The notes under the pieces: model-generated
Told to the model about the DNA's origin: nothing
Database searches by the model: none
Seen by the model: only the letters and a program-made list of their open reading frames with translations
Position numbers and translations under genes: made by a program
Source of the DNA: Hydrolagus affinis
Taxonomy: Eukaryota
DNA: 64,000 nucleotides
NCBI GenBank assembly: GCA_012026655.1
Contig: JAAILG010000949.1
Coordinates: 1-64,000 of the forward strand
Reading direction: 5' to 3'
Part shown: piece by piece, positions 47,083-59,459 of the stretch
Layout of the letters: each line of letters starts with the position of its first letter
Numbering within the stretch: position 1 is the first letter of the stretch

Positions 47083-49064
47083 TGATCTAAAAATAACTAA
47101 TAAACTCGAATTTACATTTAATGCTCTGTTGGTGCAATAACTCCCCAGTCAGGAGTTTTTCTGGGGCCAGTGGACTTTTGGAATTAATCATACAGAAAAA
47201 GCACTTATTTCCAGTTTAGTGGACATAGCCAGGGCTACATTGGTGGCCAATCCTTTACAGACTAATAAGGACACAGTGACTTTCTGTTTCTCAAAAGAAG
47301 TGCTGCTTTGCAGTCCTTGAAAGAGTAGAGTCTAATTTGATTTTAATGTGAATTAAACTATCCGTGTAAATGAGGATTGGGAAAGCGTGCAAACTATAAA
47401 TGCATCTTGAAAGGCCAGAGGCGCTTTATCACAACAAATTCCCATCACAAACGTTTTGGCGTTTCACCAGAAAATTTGCACACAAGCTTGTTAAAGTCCC
47501 TGGAAAACACATTAAAGATGTGTTCTCCCATGTGGCCAGGCTTCTGTGGAAAAACATTCCCTGTGCCCTTTTCAATTAGAGAAGCCTAATTAGTCAAAGC
47601 AGAAGATCAAACATCTGCATGGCTAAGTGCAGCACACGGGAGGCTGGAGCTCTCAGTCTCTGCCACACACGGCGAATGTCCTTGCCTGACGCACTCATCT
47701 GAAAAGCATAAGCTGGATAATTGAGCAATCAGGGAATAAATGATCATTTCTTATTTACCAGCGATTCTTCCAGAACTTCCCAATCACAAACACGATATTC
47801 TGCTTTATGCCTCAAGACAGCGGGGCAAGAGGTCATAAGCTTAGAGTTGTGAAGGATAATTTCAGGACAGACACCAGGAAGTTTTTTTCTTTCTGCAGAG
47901 AGTGATTGTGCGCTGGCGACTGGAAAAGGGTTACCAGGAAATATGGTTGAGGCCAGGAGACTTAAAAAGCAGCTCGATGCTATGAAGGAGTGAGTTCTGG
48001 AGTGGTGAGATCAGATAGGGTGAAGAGCCTTCTTCATCCAGACTGATCTTGTGATCTTTGCTTCTCACATGAATGCATCTCAATCTGAATTCTGGACTTG
48101 TTAAGATGCCTTCTGGATATAAGAATGATAAATCCTTGCATTCATTGCATTTGAGAGGTTCCAAAGTGCTTCACAAAATATACTGTACAGTGTGTATATT
48201 TTCTATATGTACTGCTGTGTGCAATTGGCTGCTGGGTTTCACCCACAAAATACAGAGTACATTCATTTTACAGTATATTCTGTGAAGCGCTTTGAGGTGT
48301 TTAAAAGATATGAAAAGCACTATATCAAATTGCAAGGATTATTATTATACTGCATATTTTGTGGGTGAAACACGGCAGCCAATTACGCACAGCAGTGTCT
48401 CTCAAACAGTCGATCATTCAGGGCCACTATATAAATCCAAGTTGTTGTTCTTGGCTGCAGGTTCATGTACAAGTTCATCCACTTTACAGAAGTCCCACAA
48501 AAAGCTTTGAGACATTTAAAATGCAAGTGCTATTATTGTTATACTAAATTCATGGATAGAATCTATGATTTACATAGAGACCACAGACCCAGATGGAGGA
48601 AGTAGCTTTTGATATCTGAGCTCATTCCTTCTTCCCCAATTACCATTATGTCTTGGTCTTTACTCCAATAACACAAATCTGAAGAGCAATCAGAGCCTTG
48701 CAATTGAAGGCAACAACAGCAAGTGCTCGAGTTTAAGCGAACTCTCTAGCGATGTCGTTTCAACATCATCAGGCGCACTGTCAGCTATTTGATGTGGCTT
48801 TGCTCTTTCCAAGCCTTGGGGAAGCACAGTTCACAGGAACAGGAAAAACATCTGGCTCCCAAATCCTTGGAAAATGTCTGCATTCCTGAGTCAGCTGGGG
48901 GCAGTGGCTCTGCTCAGATCAGGCCAGATGTTCACTTGGTGCCAGCGTTTGATTGCAAACTGGAAATGCCTCAGTCGGGACAGAGCAATGATTAATTGGC
49001 ATTCCTTTAATTCTACCCAACATCGAGGGCTGATTGTACACGGTGGGTGGGTTATAGCTTTAAC

Positions 49065-49725
49065 CAACAACAACAAAATAACATTTGTATAGCGCCTTGC
49101 ACGTCGGGAGAATGCACTCGGGATCGGGGTAAGTGGAGGATGGGAAGGAGGGCACGATTGAAGAGGAGGTTCTTGAAGAAGGCAAGGGAGGGAGCGAGGT
49201 GGAGGAACTGCGGGATGGAGTTCCAGAGCATGGGGGTCAGAGTTTCTGAAGGTATGCCCACCAATGGAAGCGCGGTTGAGGAGCGGAGGGAAGCAAGCCG
49301 GAGCCCGCTGAGCGGAGGGAGTAGGCCTGTTGGTATGGGGTTAGGAGGTCACAGGGGTAGGGAGGAAGCAATGCCATGGAGAGCTTTGAAAGTGAGGACC
49401 AGGATCTTGAACCTCTGTGTGATGGGAAGCCAGTGGAGTCAGGCGAGGATGGGGTCGGTCATGGAGTTCACAAAGAAGTCACTGGCTGCAGAGTTTTGGA
49501 TCATCTGCAACCTATGGAGGGAGGAATTGGGGAGGCCAACAAACAGGAAGTTTGCGTTGCCTCGTCTGAATATTCTGAATGCCTATAAGGGTCTTGGCAG
49601 TCTGCGGTGTGAGGTAGTGGTGGGGCCAGGTGATGTTGCTGAGGTGGTGAAGGCAAAGCGGGTCATAGCACAGATGTGGAGTAGAAAAGACAGTTGAGGG
49701 TCAAATAAGATGACCAGATTCCGCA
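49065..49725 (-). mobile_element. L2 3' region
   Basis: Reverse complement encodes LHRLQMIQNSAA, LAxLHWLPITQ..FKILVLTFKALHG, LWNSIP, FFKNLLFN; (TTG)n tail at 49065-49075. Confidence 0.9.
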
Positions 49726-50924
49726 GTTTAGTGCTTGGCGCACTGTGACCTTCTCAAGTAAGATGGATGGAAATGAAAATGATTGGAAGAATCCAATGGA
49801 AATCAATGGAACAGGGACAGCTGCCACACACCACTGTACATCTTGGTGACTTCTGCTGAACTGTTGCCTCAGCTCGGTTGTAACAAGAGTCTCTTTTGCC
49901 CTTCATTTCAATTCACCATCACAGCATCAAGAAATTTAACTAGAGAAAAAGATAGCCATTCAAAGTGGAAGAATGTTTAAAAACTGTCGCACAAGTACTG
50001 ATTCGCTGTGAATTTGCTTTGAGCAGTAAATGGGGCAAATTCATCTGTAAAGTTCATAGTCATTGACTTGCACCCTGTGTAATAGTCTGTGAGGAGAGAA
50101 TCTAGCAACTTTGTGTTCCAGCAGACTCCTTGTTCTCTGTGACAGATACACTGTTCAAACAAACACACAAACAAAACTAGGCCTGTGAGAGGTTGGAATT
50201 GTTTTGTTGCTCTGAGACACATTTCAGTCACCTTGAGTGGATATCTGTATGTGGTGGTGGGCAGAGAGAGAAAGAGGGAACAAAGGCAGATTGAGAGATA
50301 GAGGATGAGACACGGAGACAGACAGCCAAGCCTTCAGGATTCCTGAGTGCGCGTTGGCATAACTGCTGGAACCCTACCAGCTAAAATCACGTAGCTTGTC
50401 ATAGCGAGCACTGTCTGGCAAACTTCACACTCCTTGCTTAAGCAGGGTCTCCCTGGAGCTGGACTGGCTCAAGGTGAGATGTTTGGCAAAGGAATGCTGG
50501 AACAGAGTCAGCCCTCTGCGGTGGTCTCAGTAGTGAATACCGAGCTCTGGGTATATAAATGTGAGTTCACAAACCCAACTCCATATAATGCCTTAGATTT
50601 CTTCATCAGCCATTTGATGGACACGGCCTTCAGTGGAGCTACATAGGACAGCTTGTGATGTGCTTGTCATCGGCATGTTCTCGGGATCCAAATCCAATGC
50701 TTAATCAACGCCAACTGCTTACTCATCATGTGAGCATCTTTTAGATGTGTGGACTGAGAAGCGAGAGTGACCGGAAGTCCAGAGCACTGAGGGAATCTGA
50801 GTGGGATCACAGGCTGGTGACAAGAAGCGAGGAATTCTTTCTCTCTTCCCAAAAGAAATTCCTATTTCAGTTTGAATTCTTTTTGACGCTTTTTAACCTG
50901 GTGGACGTATTAAATTGATCCTAA

Positions 50925-51925
50925 TCAGCCTTGCATTTCATTTAGAGCCTTATCACTTTATCGAGATGTCGCCAAGCACTTTACAGAATATAACTATAAA
51001 GAGGATTGACTGCATATTTGGTTAGCGAAGCGCGACAGGCAGCCAGTTTGCGCATAGCAATCTCCCACATGGAGTGAGTGACCAATTTTATTTGGGGGAC
51101 TTGTTGGCCAGGACACCAGGTGAAACTCCCTACTCTGAGATCTTTAATGTCTACTTGAACAGGTAGAAAGAGTTTGGTTTTATGTCTCATCTGAAGGACG
51201 GCACAAAGTCAGGAAGTGCTGATTAACCTCTATAAGACTTTGGTTAGGCCTCAGCTCAAGTACTGTATACAATTCTGGTCACCACACTTTAGGAAGGATA
51301 TTAAGGCAATGGAAAGGGTGCAGAGGAGATTTACTGGGATGGTACCAGGAATGAGGGACTTCAGCTACGAGGAAAGGCTAGATAGGCTAGTCTTATTCTC
51401 TCTAGAACAAAGAAGACGGAGAGGAGACCTAATAGAGGTTTATAAGATTATGAGAGGTTTCGACAGGGAAAGACTGTTTCCACTGATGGGCGAATCAGTG
51501 ACTCGTGGTCACAGATTTAAAATAGTTTCAAAACGAAGCAGAGGGGAGCTGAGGAGAAATTTTTTCACTCAGCAGGTTGTTCGAATCTGGAATGCATTGC
51601 CTGAAAAGGTGGTGGAGGCAGATTCCATAACAGCTTTTAAAAGGGAATTAGATCTTTATTTAGGAAGAGCAGGTCTGTTAGATTATGGGGAGAAAGCTGG
51701 GCAGTGGGATTGAGTTGCTCTGTTCAAAGAGCCGGCATAGACTAGATGGGCCAAATGGCCTCCTTTTGTGTCGTATAATTCTATGATTCTAGCATCTGAC
51801 ATTGCAGCACACCCCAGCACTGCTTTGGAGTGTCATCTTAGACAATGTGATTTCAAATCACAACATGGTGCTTGAACCCCAAACATTCTGACTCAGACGA
51901 GAGCGTGACCACTGCCCCAGGCTGA
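50925..51925 (-). mobile_element. Deu-domain SINE split by a CR1 insertion
   Basis: 3' part 50925-51204 ends ctgaaggacggcac; 5' part 51792-51925 resumes gcatctgacattgcagcac...ttgaacccc...ttctgactcag. Confidence 0.85.
51205..51791 (+). mobile_element. Young CR1 3' end
   Basis: ORF 51216..51713 is the uninterrupted ORF2 C-terminus (LYKTLVRPQL.YC.QFWSPH...WNALP...GQWD*); closely matches 32868-33465. Confidence 0.96.
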
Positions 51926-52685
51926 GAATAATGCATATATAAAGCTCCCTTCGCGAAGAACGCAGCTGTTTGTTTCCCCATGGTTTACATATGGTGAATG
52001 TTTCTGTGTTGGTTTAACTATTGCTGGTTTCACTGTGCCTGGGTTTGAGTGAAGTTCCAAACAGGCCGATCACGTCCCCAACCTGAGCAATTGCGCTCCG
52101 TGCAGTGACCAGGGGCACAGAGCTACCGTACGCATCTGGCACTGGCTACCCAAGCAGTAACTCGGCAAGTGCAACTTTGAAATATTTGCAGAACATCCTC
52201 ATCAATTGTTGAACCTTAATGTTCCAGCACAAGTATTGATAGAATCATTTATATTCTTGTCAAATCTGGTGAGAAATATGCAGTTAATGACTATAAGAAT
52301 TCTGCGTTAGTGTTATACAAATGCTGAGCATTGTCTAATTCCACATAATCACATTACCTGTGAAGTTAGCTCATCTAAAGAGCGCTGAGGCTGCAATAAA
52401 CACCATCTTGTTGGCAATAACTCTTCTCAGTCACTTCTCATGATAAGAAGCTCTGCAGCACGTACATCTTCTCTAGGAGACAGTCACGTTGTCACTAACA
52501 CTGGGGCTGATGTGTTGCTGAACTGACTCGTTCTTTCAAGATTACCCCCATTGAAACACGAATGTTCAGCTGAACCCACAATGAATTTTCGTTTTGCTGT
52601 TTTGTTCTGTAAGATGTTTCACATTGCACCCTAAATTACCTATTGAACATTACTTATGTACCTGTTAGGACAGCCGGCGTTATAC

Positions 52686-52925
52686 ACACATTCATCACCT
52701 CAAGGCTCGACTACGGAAACTCCCTCGTCAGCCTTCTCAACTCTTCCCTCCACAAGCTGCTTTGATCAGCCAGAACTCTGCAGCTCATGTCCTCTCCCGC
52801 TCCAGGCTCCGTGACCCCATCACCCACACCCTCGCCTGGCTCCACTGGCTCCCCATCCCTCGGAGGATACAGTTCAAAATCCTCGTCTGGACTTTCAAGG
52901 CCTTCCGCGGCCTTGTGCCTACGTC
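52686..52925 (+). mobile_element. L2 ORF2 C-terminal fragment
   Basis: FITSRLDYGNS, QNSAAHVL, LAWLHWLPIPRRIQFKILV. Confidence 0.85.
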
Positions 52926-53559
52926 ACTGACGTGCTGAGGCAAGCGGTTTGTGGGGCATAGTCAGCCCACAGGCATGGAGACGGGTGAGGGTGGGGGGTG
53001 GGGCGGGTCGGACCAGAGGTAGAACAAATTGTGGAGAGCACTCACTGTGATATCCACCAGGTTGCCCAACCTGCAAAATAACATGAAGCAACTCCCTCTG
53101 CAACAACACATTGCTCCAAGTTTCGCATTGTAGGGCAGACGAGAGACAAGAAATAGGACAAAGCTTAATAGCAGTAAATAGAAGGCAGCAGTTATTCATC
53201 CTTGCTTAGTGATATTACAAGACAAATGCTTTTCAGACAGGCAAACTGATTATCTACATTAAATCTGCACAGCTACATGCAGGCTCTGTCCCAAACTAGG
53301 TTGCTCCAATCCATCATTCTATATCACGCCCAGGTCATGAATACTTTATATCTATTTGTTCCCCTTTTGATGTTCCAAGCATTTATTGTTTGCCCTCAAT
53401 GTGTTTAAATCTGTTTAGTGTGAATGCAGCTTTAGCTACAAGCAATGTGGATGCTATAATATTTTTTTGTGTGATATTGGCCGGTCAAAGAGGTCCTTGA
53501 AACAAACTTCACCAACTTGCTGCAAATTCCAGCCAAACCTCAGCTCCTCATAGCAGAGA

Positions 53560-53830
53560 ACCATAGAAATGTACGGCACAGAAGAAGGCAATTATGTCTG
53601 TGCTGGCTCTTTTACAGAGCAATCCTTTCATTCCTATTTCTCTACCCTTCCCTCACCCCTGTAATTTGCACTCGTTTTGGTATCTAGTTCACTTTTGAAA
53701 GCTAACATGGATTCTGTCTCAACCACCATTCCGAGCTAGACATTTCATACACTACATCTGTGAGTGAAAATATTCTCCTAGCCTTCCCATTTGCTATTTC
53801 ACCTATGTTAATTTGATGCCCGCTAGTTGA
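53560..53830 (-). mobile_element. Old CR1 3' end
   Basis: catagaaatgtacggcacagaagaaggc...tgtgctggctct tail in reverse; tatctagttcacttttgaaagct...attctgtctcaaccacc. Confidence 0.7.
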
Positions 53831-53836
53831 CTTTGT

Positions 53837-54290
53837 GTGTCAGTCTGGCATAGTGGTAGCGCTCTGAGACGCCATTCAGAGTGGAGGGCGCTATATAAAT
53901 CCAAGTTGTTGTTGCTCTCACCTCTGAGTCAGAAGGTTGTGAGTTCTAGCCCCACATCGGATGTTGGAATTACTGACGCTCCAGTATACAGCTGGGGGGT
54001 GTTGTATTGTCAAAGTTTCAGTCATTCGGATGAGACATTAAACCAAGATCCCGTCTGCCTGCTAGGATGGATATTAAAGATCCCACAACTCTATTTGAAG
54101 AGAAGAGAGCTTCTCTGTGACATGGCCAACAACCCCCCAAATAAAATTGGTCACTCACTCCATGGCTGTTTGTGGGACATTATTATGCACAAATTAGTTA
54201 CCACGTTTGGCCCACAAAAATACACCACAACCAGGTCACCCCTCGATCTTCGCGGTTCCAGATATGTTCACACGTTACATGAAAAATAAA
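53837..54290 (+). mobile_element. Deu-domain SINE with an L2 tail inserted in its head
   Basis: gtgtcagtctggcatagtggtagc|insert|ctcacctctgagtcagaagg...gatgagacattaaaccaagatcccgtctgcc...attaaagatcccac. Confidence 0.85.
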
Positions 54291-56049
54291 TTCTATCAGG
54301 AACTGGAGACCACTAAAAACAACAACTGTGGCTGCGGAAATTTTATGACAGTTCCCTCTTTGGTAAAGCAGGTAATGCCAGTGGACACTTGGCTACACTA
54401 ACAGCTTCACAAATATCCTCCGGGCACATCTTCAGATGTAAAAAGCATGATTATTTATTAGGAAAAAATAGGTGGTCACTCACTCCAAGTCTGTTTGTGG
54501 GACATTGCTGTGTACAATTGCTTGCCACGTTTCACCCACAGAATACAGTCAATCCAGTTTACTTTGTGAAGCGCTTTGAGATGTCTCAATGACGTGATAA
54601 GACATTGTATCAACTATAAGGATTATTATTATCAGTGGTAGTAGTACTATTATCCATTTCCCATTGCAAACAACAACAACACAATCATATTTGTATAGCA
54701 CCTTAACAGACAATATGTCCAGATGGCAATTCTCACCTCATTGTGTTTGGTGAAACAGGGTCAGAGCATCTTTATGAAAACCTCTTCTGACTTGCTGTCA
54801 GAATGTTGCTGCCAGAGATGCACACTGGAAAATTGCAATTTCCATTTATTAATGTTTTGTTGCAAGAAAATTATATGTCTGAACCATTTTCCTCAAGTCC
54901 TGGCTGGCCACCATAATTTCACCCACCCCTGGTGCTGTTTTAATTATGTTTGCATCTAGGAAAGCTGCCCGAATGATCGCAAATGTAATAAAGCCAACAT
55001 GTTAAAAGCTTGCAGCATGCCTGAGTTGGGTCACTTATTTAATTGAGGATTTAATTTAAGTTAAATTAAATTCAGAGGGCTGGAACTGAAGTCTAGACAA
55101 CTGACCAACTGTGATGTCTACGGCAAAATAACTTATTCAATCATTATTAGGTTTTGCTTAACTGCTTCTTCAAAGTGTACAATTGTATGGAATTATTAAG
55201 AATATTCTGGCTCCTCATCGCCTAGCCTGGAAAGTGCATTGTTAGGGAGTTTGTCCTTCGGGTGAGACGTTCAACCGAGGTTTTGTCTCTGTGCTTTGGA
55301 TGGATCTTAAAGTCCCATGACGCCAAGCAAACAGTCAAAAAGGGAAGGGAGTTTTTCCCTGCAAATCATCCTCCAGATTAACAAGTCATTGATCATGTGA
55401 ATGGTTGTAACCCATTTGCCAAAAAAAAATCACTTGACAGGAATGACGTGTGAAGCAAGTTAAGAGGTTTTGATATGAGGAGGAGCTGTAGAAACACAAG
55501 TTCTTTCTTTAAAAGTGAAGAGCGATTGAGATAATAAAGTTGCATTGCTTGCTTGAGGTTTACCCTGTACTTTCTAACCATCCAGGAGTCCTTCCGATTC
55601 CTCAAATTCAGGAGCCGCGTCTGGAAAGCAATGATGGATTCAGGAAGGAAAGGAATCATATTACACTTGATTTTATAACACACAGCACTGGGTAACTAAG
55701 AATATATGCGTGCCCAGCTCTTCACTATGCTCGGTGCTTTCTAGTTATTCAGCCTAAATTCAGGCATTACTGACTTTCCAAGCAATTAAGTCAAGATCCA
55801 GCAATAAAAAGTTCATTTGTGCAATGCAAGTGTGCTGCTTTATATCAATTGTCTAGTCAGTCTCAAACCTTTGGAGTGAAGTACAATCTCTGCACCACCT
55901 TCCTTCCTTTGCAGGTTTTATTGCTATACAAGACCGCCAGACACTCGTCTTCTCGGTCAGGAAACAGAAGTGAAACACAAAATATGCCCAACGAATATAC
56001 CTGATTGAGCTTCTTCACTACCTGGTGACACATTCAGTCTGAGTCCTAA

Positions 56050-56360
56050 CAAACACTATTGATGCATGAATTAGCAAATGCCTACAGGAACCCTTCACAC
56101 ACAGGCATGAACTTATACATCCCTTGGAACATGGACATGCACTTACATACGTGTACAAGTAGCCTGCGTACAGGCGCATACACACGCATTTTAACAGGCA
56201 CACCTTTTCACGTGCACACACCCACACTTATTCATATAATGACAGACATACCCATTCCCAAGTATTCTAAACATGTGCTAACCACCCACGTACAAGCCAT
56301 GCACAGACATATTCAGTGCCCCATATTCTCTCAGACACCCACCCACACACACTGCAGCCA
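56050..56360. repeat. Degenerate CA/CATA-rich tract
   Basis: Decayed purine-pyrimidine alternating sequence (cacacaggcatg, catacacacgc, etc.). Confidence 0.6.
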
Positions 56361-56717
56361 CCACAGTGCTATTGTTGAATTAATGACATCTGACAACATA
56401 TTCCTTTCATAGATTTGGCAAAGGCATCTGAGAGACCATAATCTTCACAATCCTCTGAGCAATGAAGTACGCATACTGTACTTCATTGTCTGCCCCGCTT
56501 GGATGCTTCTAATATCATGTAGGGAGAGGGGATTAACACTATTAACACCTATCATTTCAAAATATCTCAAAGCGCTTCATAATAATTTCTCTAATGTGCG
56601 GTGACTATTTTTGTTGGCCAATGAGGCAGCCATTGTGTGGAGAGAGTAGTCCTACAAACAGCTAAAGGTCAATGTCTGTCATTAATAATGTCCCTGTGGG
56701 AAACAGAATGGGATACC

Positions 56718-57035
56718 TATTACTATATATTATATAACTGTGTATTATACATTATATATAATATATAATATAACTAGATATGATATTATTCACCTATAAA
56801 ATATACAGTCAATTCACTTTACAGAAGCGCTTTGGGACATCTCAAGATGATAAGGTACTACTGTATATGAAATGCGAGGAGTACCATTAAAAAAATTACA
56901 TTTGTATTATAATATTGTAGCTAACCACTACTGTATAATAACTATATATATCATACATTAGAGACACCTATATATTATACAATTATATAATTGTATAATA
57001 TATTATACAATATAACTACAGTATATATTATGTTA
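56718..57035. repeat. AT-rich low-complexity region with a SINE tail and palindromes
   Basis: (TATAA/TATAT)n tracts flank a SINE tail at about 56790-56885; perfect palindrome at 56970-57003. Confidence 0.8.
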
Positions 57036-57920
57036 TAGAGAACAAGTACTGGTATAAAACTATACTATTTGCTGAAGAGAGAACGAACAGTGAATGAGGT
57101 TTTGTTAGCAGACTTGGCTTCGATCCTCTCACAGTTATATACACCGCTGACACACCGCTGTCAAGGCCCACACAAGATGAATAGCCAATTAAATGAGATA
57201 CCAGAGATTTTCTTGAGAATCGCATCCCAGCAAGTAACAAAAAGAAATCAAAAGGAATCGTCAAAAGTTACCATTTTACAAACTTATAAAGTAAGTGCAC
57301 GTTTGGTAAAGCAATAGCGGTGAGTGAGGGTTCAGGGTGGGGGTGGGGGTGTGGGGGGGGAGCCGCAAACAAAACGAAACTGCAAGCGAAAGACTTTCAA
57401 TAATCATATGTGGTCAGACAGTGGCAATGCTCAGTAACCCATCTAATTGCTGCAGGCTGTCTGGCTGTCTCACAGTGACTTCTGAAAGCTTCACATTGCA
57501 GGCACGAGCAGAGCTAGCTACCCAGACCTTCGTGAGTTAACCCCCTCCTTTCCGGGGGCTGAGGGAGTATAACCCGGCCACTAGAATGAACAAGTTCTTC
57601 TTCTCATTCTTTCAACATCACCTGGACAATGTATCCGGCTGGCTAATGAACAGCTTTTTGTCCGCTCAAGTCAAAAGGAAATAATTGATTGATGGACTCA
57701 TTTAGATTGGGGGGTAATTAAATCAGGAATATGACAAATCCCTGTCCTCATTAAACGAACCAGGAATCACAACACTGAGAAAGCAACAGGAGCAATTTGA
57801 AGCAGCAATTACTTCCATCGCGAGGTGACACACACAGACTTTTATTTTTATATATTGCTGACGATAATTAAAATGTTGTAAATCATTGTGACGGGGAATG
57901 TGGGCAGATTAAGTTTTCAG

Positions 57921-58380
57921 AGCCGCTGAAACTCTCATCCATGCCTTCATCGCGTCCAGGCTCGACTAAGCAAACACCCTCCTTGTGGCCTCGACAATTC
58001 CTCACTCCATAGGCTGCAGATCATCCAGAACGCTGCAGCCCATGTTCTCTCCCTCATCGCACTCCGCGATCCTATCACCCCCATCTTTGCTCGACTCCAT
58101 TGGCTTCCCATCACTTAGAGAATTCAATTAAAGATGCTGGTCCTCACCTTTCACCCTCATGTCCTTGGCCCACCTCTGCGACCTCCTAAGCCCTTACCAA
58201 ACTGTCCGCTCCCTCCGCTCAGCAGGTTCCAGTCTGCTCCATGTCCCCTGACCCAACTGCCCCACCATCGGTAGGTGAGCCTTCTGCCAGTCTGCTCCCA
58301 ACCTTTGGAATTCCATCCCAATATAGTCATTACACTGCACAATAACTTTAAGATGCTCTTGACATAAAAGGTGCTATATC
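57921..58380 (+). mobile_element. L2 ORF2 C-terminal remnant
   Basis: AAETLIHAFIASRLD*AN, LHRLQIIQNAAA, RLHWLPIT*RIQLK, LWNSIP. Confidence 0.88.
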
Positions 58381-58392
58381 ATAGAGATATAT

Positions 58393-58731
58393 GAGTCCTA
58401 TAGTTCAGTGGTTAGAGCACTCGCCTTACAACGACAACAACAAAATGACAGCTTTCATATCAGGACAAGTAGGAGACTAGGGTTCAATTCCAGGCAGGAT
58501 GAAACCTTGGGCAAGTTTCCTTACTCCACATGCCTAATAATAATCCCTCAAAAATAAAAACAATAATTAATTGGTTATTTCAATGTTTGTGGGACACTGC
58601 TGTGCGCAATTGGCTGCCGCGTTTTCCCCCCCAAAATATACAATCAATTCCCTTTACGGAATATTCTGCGACACACTTTGAGACACCTAGAAGAAGTGAA
58701 AAGCACTATATCTAATGCAAGGATTATTATA
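58393..58731 (+). mobile_element. tRNA-derived SINE, short subfamily, with an insert in the anticodon loop
   Basis: gagtcctatagttcagtggttagagcactcgccttacaa|insert|gtaggagactagggttcaattcc...catgcctaataataatccct. Confidence 0.9.
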
Positions 58732-58767
58732 GGAAAAAATTATCATTATTGCTGTTATTATTGAAAT

Positions 58768-58955
58768 GTGAGGGCATCACAGCCGAGGCTGAACCTGTCT
58801 CAATCCGACATCCACTTGTGATAAATCAGCAATCAGCAGCAGCAATCATAAACTGATTGTGTTCCTGCTCTCAGTCCCAGCTCACATCCACTAAATCAGC
58901 AATCGCTGGGGAAAGAGCTGGGATTTTTCTGCTCTCAGCACCATCTTTACCCACA
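58768..58955 (-). mobile_element. Old SINE-like family C
   Basis: gggcatcacagccgaggctgaacctgtctcaatccgacatccac is the reverse complement of the body motif seen near 39730-39770. Confidence 0.55.
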
Positions 58956-59459
58956 AAAGTATAACATGGACCTGGTGAAAATATATGTTTAAAAAAAAGC
59001 TTGTGAAAATCTCTGGGTTTAAAAAAAGGATTGTAGATGAAGTATCCTGTGCCCTATAAATCCATAGGAACAGAATTCATTTGGAAACTTTAAAAGGAAT
59101 TTTAGTTAGTTACTTCTTTGATAGGAAATACCCCCACGCAACATCAACAAATTGCATTTACTGTATATAGCGCATGTCAGGAATACATCCAAGACACGCA
59201 TGCACATACATATGTAAATTCGGATGAGACTTTAAATTGAGGTCCTGTCTGCAAAAACATAGTTTGGCAGAGAATTCCACACTCCAATTACAGTAACAAG
59301 AACTAGTCAGAAGTAGACTGGGAGACTTCCATTCTGATGGTTTTCCTGTGTTGAATTAGAGCTAACTACTTGTTTTTTTAAATAGAATACTTGTAATCAA
59401 AACCGCAGAGTTTACTTTTTATGAAACACAGAAGCAGCAAAATGCAATATGCGATGTAT

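Noticed and set aside
49047-49697. Longest ORF in the track (216 aa, +)
   Set aside because: Antisense shadow of an L2 element; no independent coding signal.
51216-51713. 165-aa open ORF
   Set aside because: CR1 ORF2 C-terminus without an ATG start, promoter or catalytic RT core; open because the copy is young.
56460-56488. 11-bp hairpin CAATGAAGTAC/GTACTTCATTG
   Set aside because: Too short for a pre-miRNA, isolated, and not far from chance expectation in 64 kb.
10416-58731. Strand bias of short-subfamily SINEs (6 of 7 on +)
   Set aside because: Sample too small (two-sided binomial p = 0.125); the long subfamily leans the other way.
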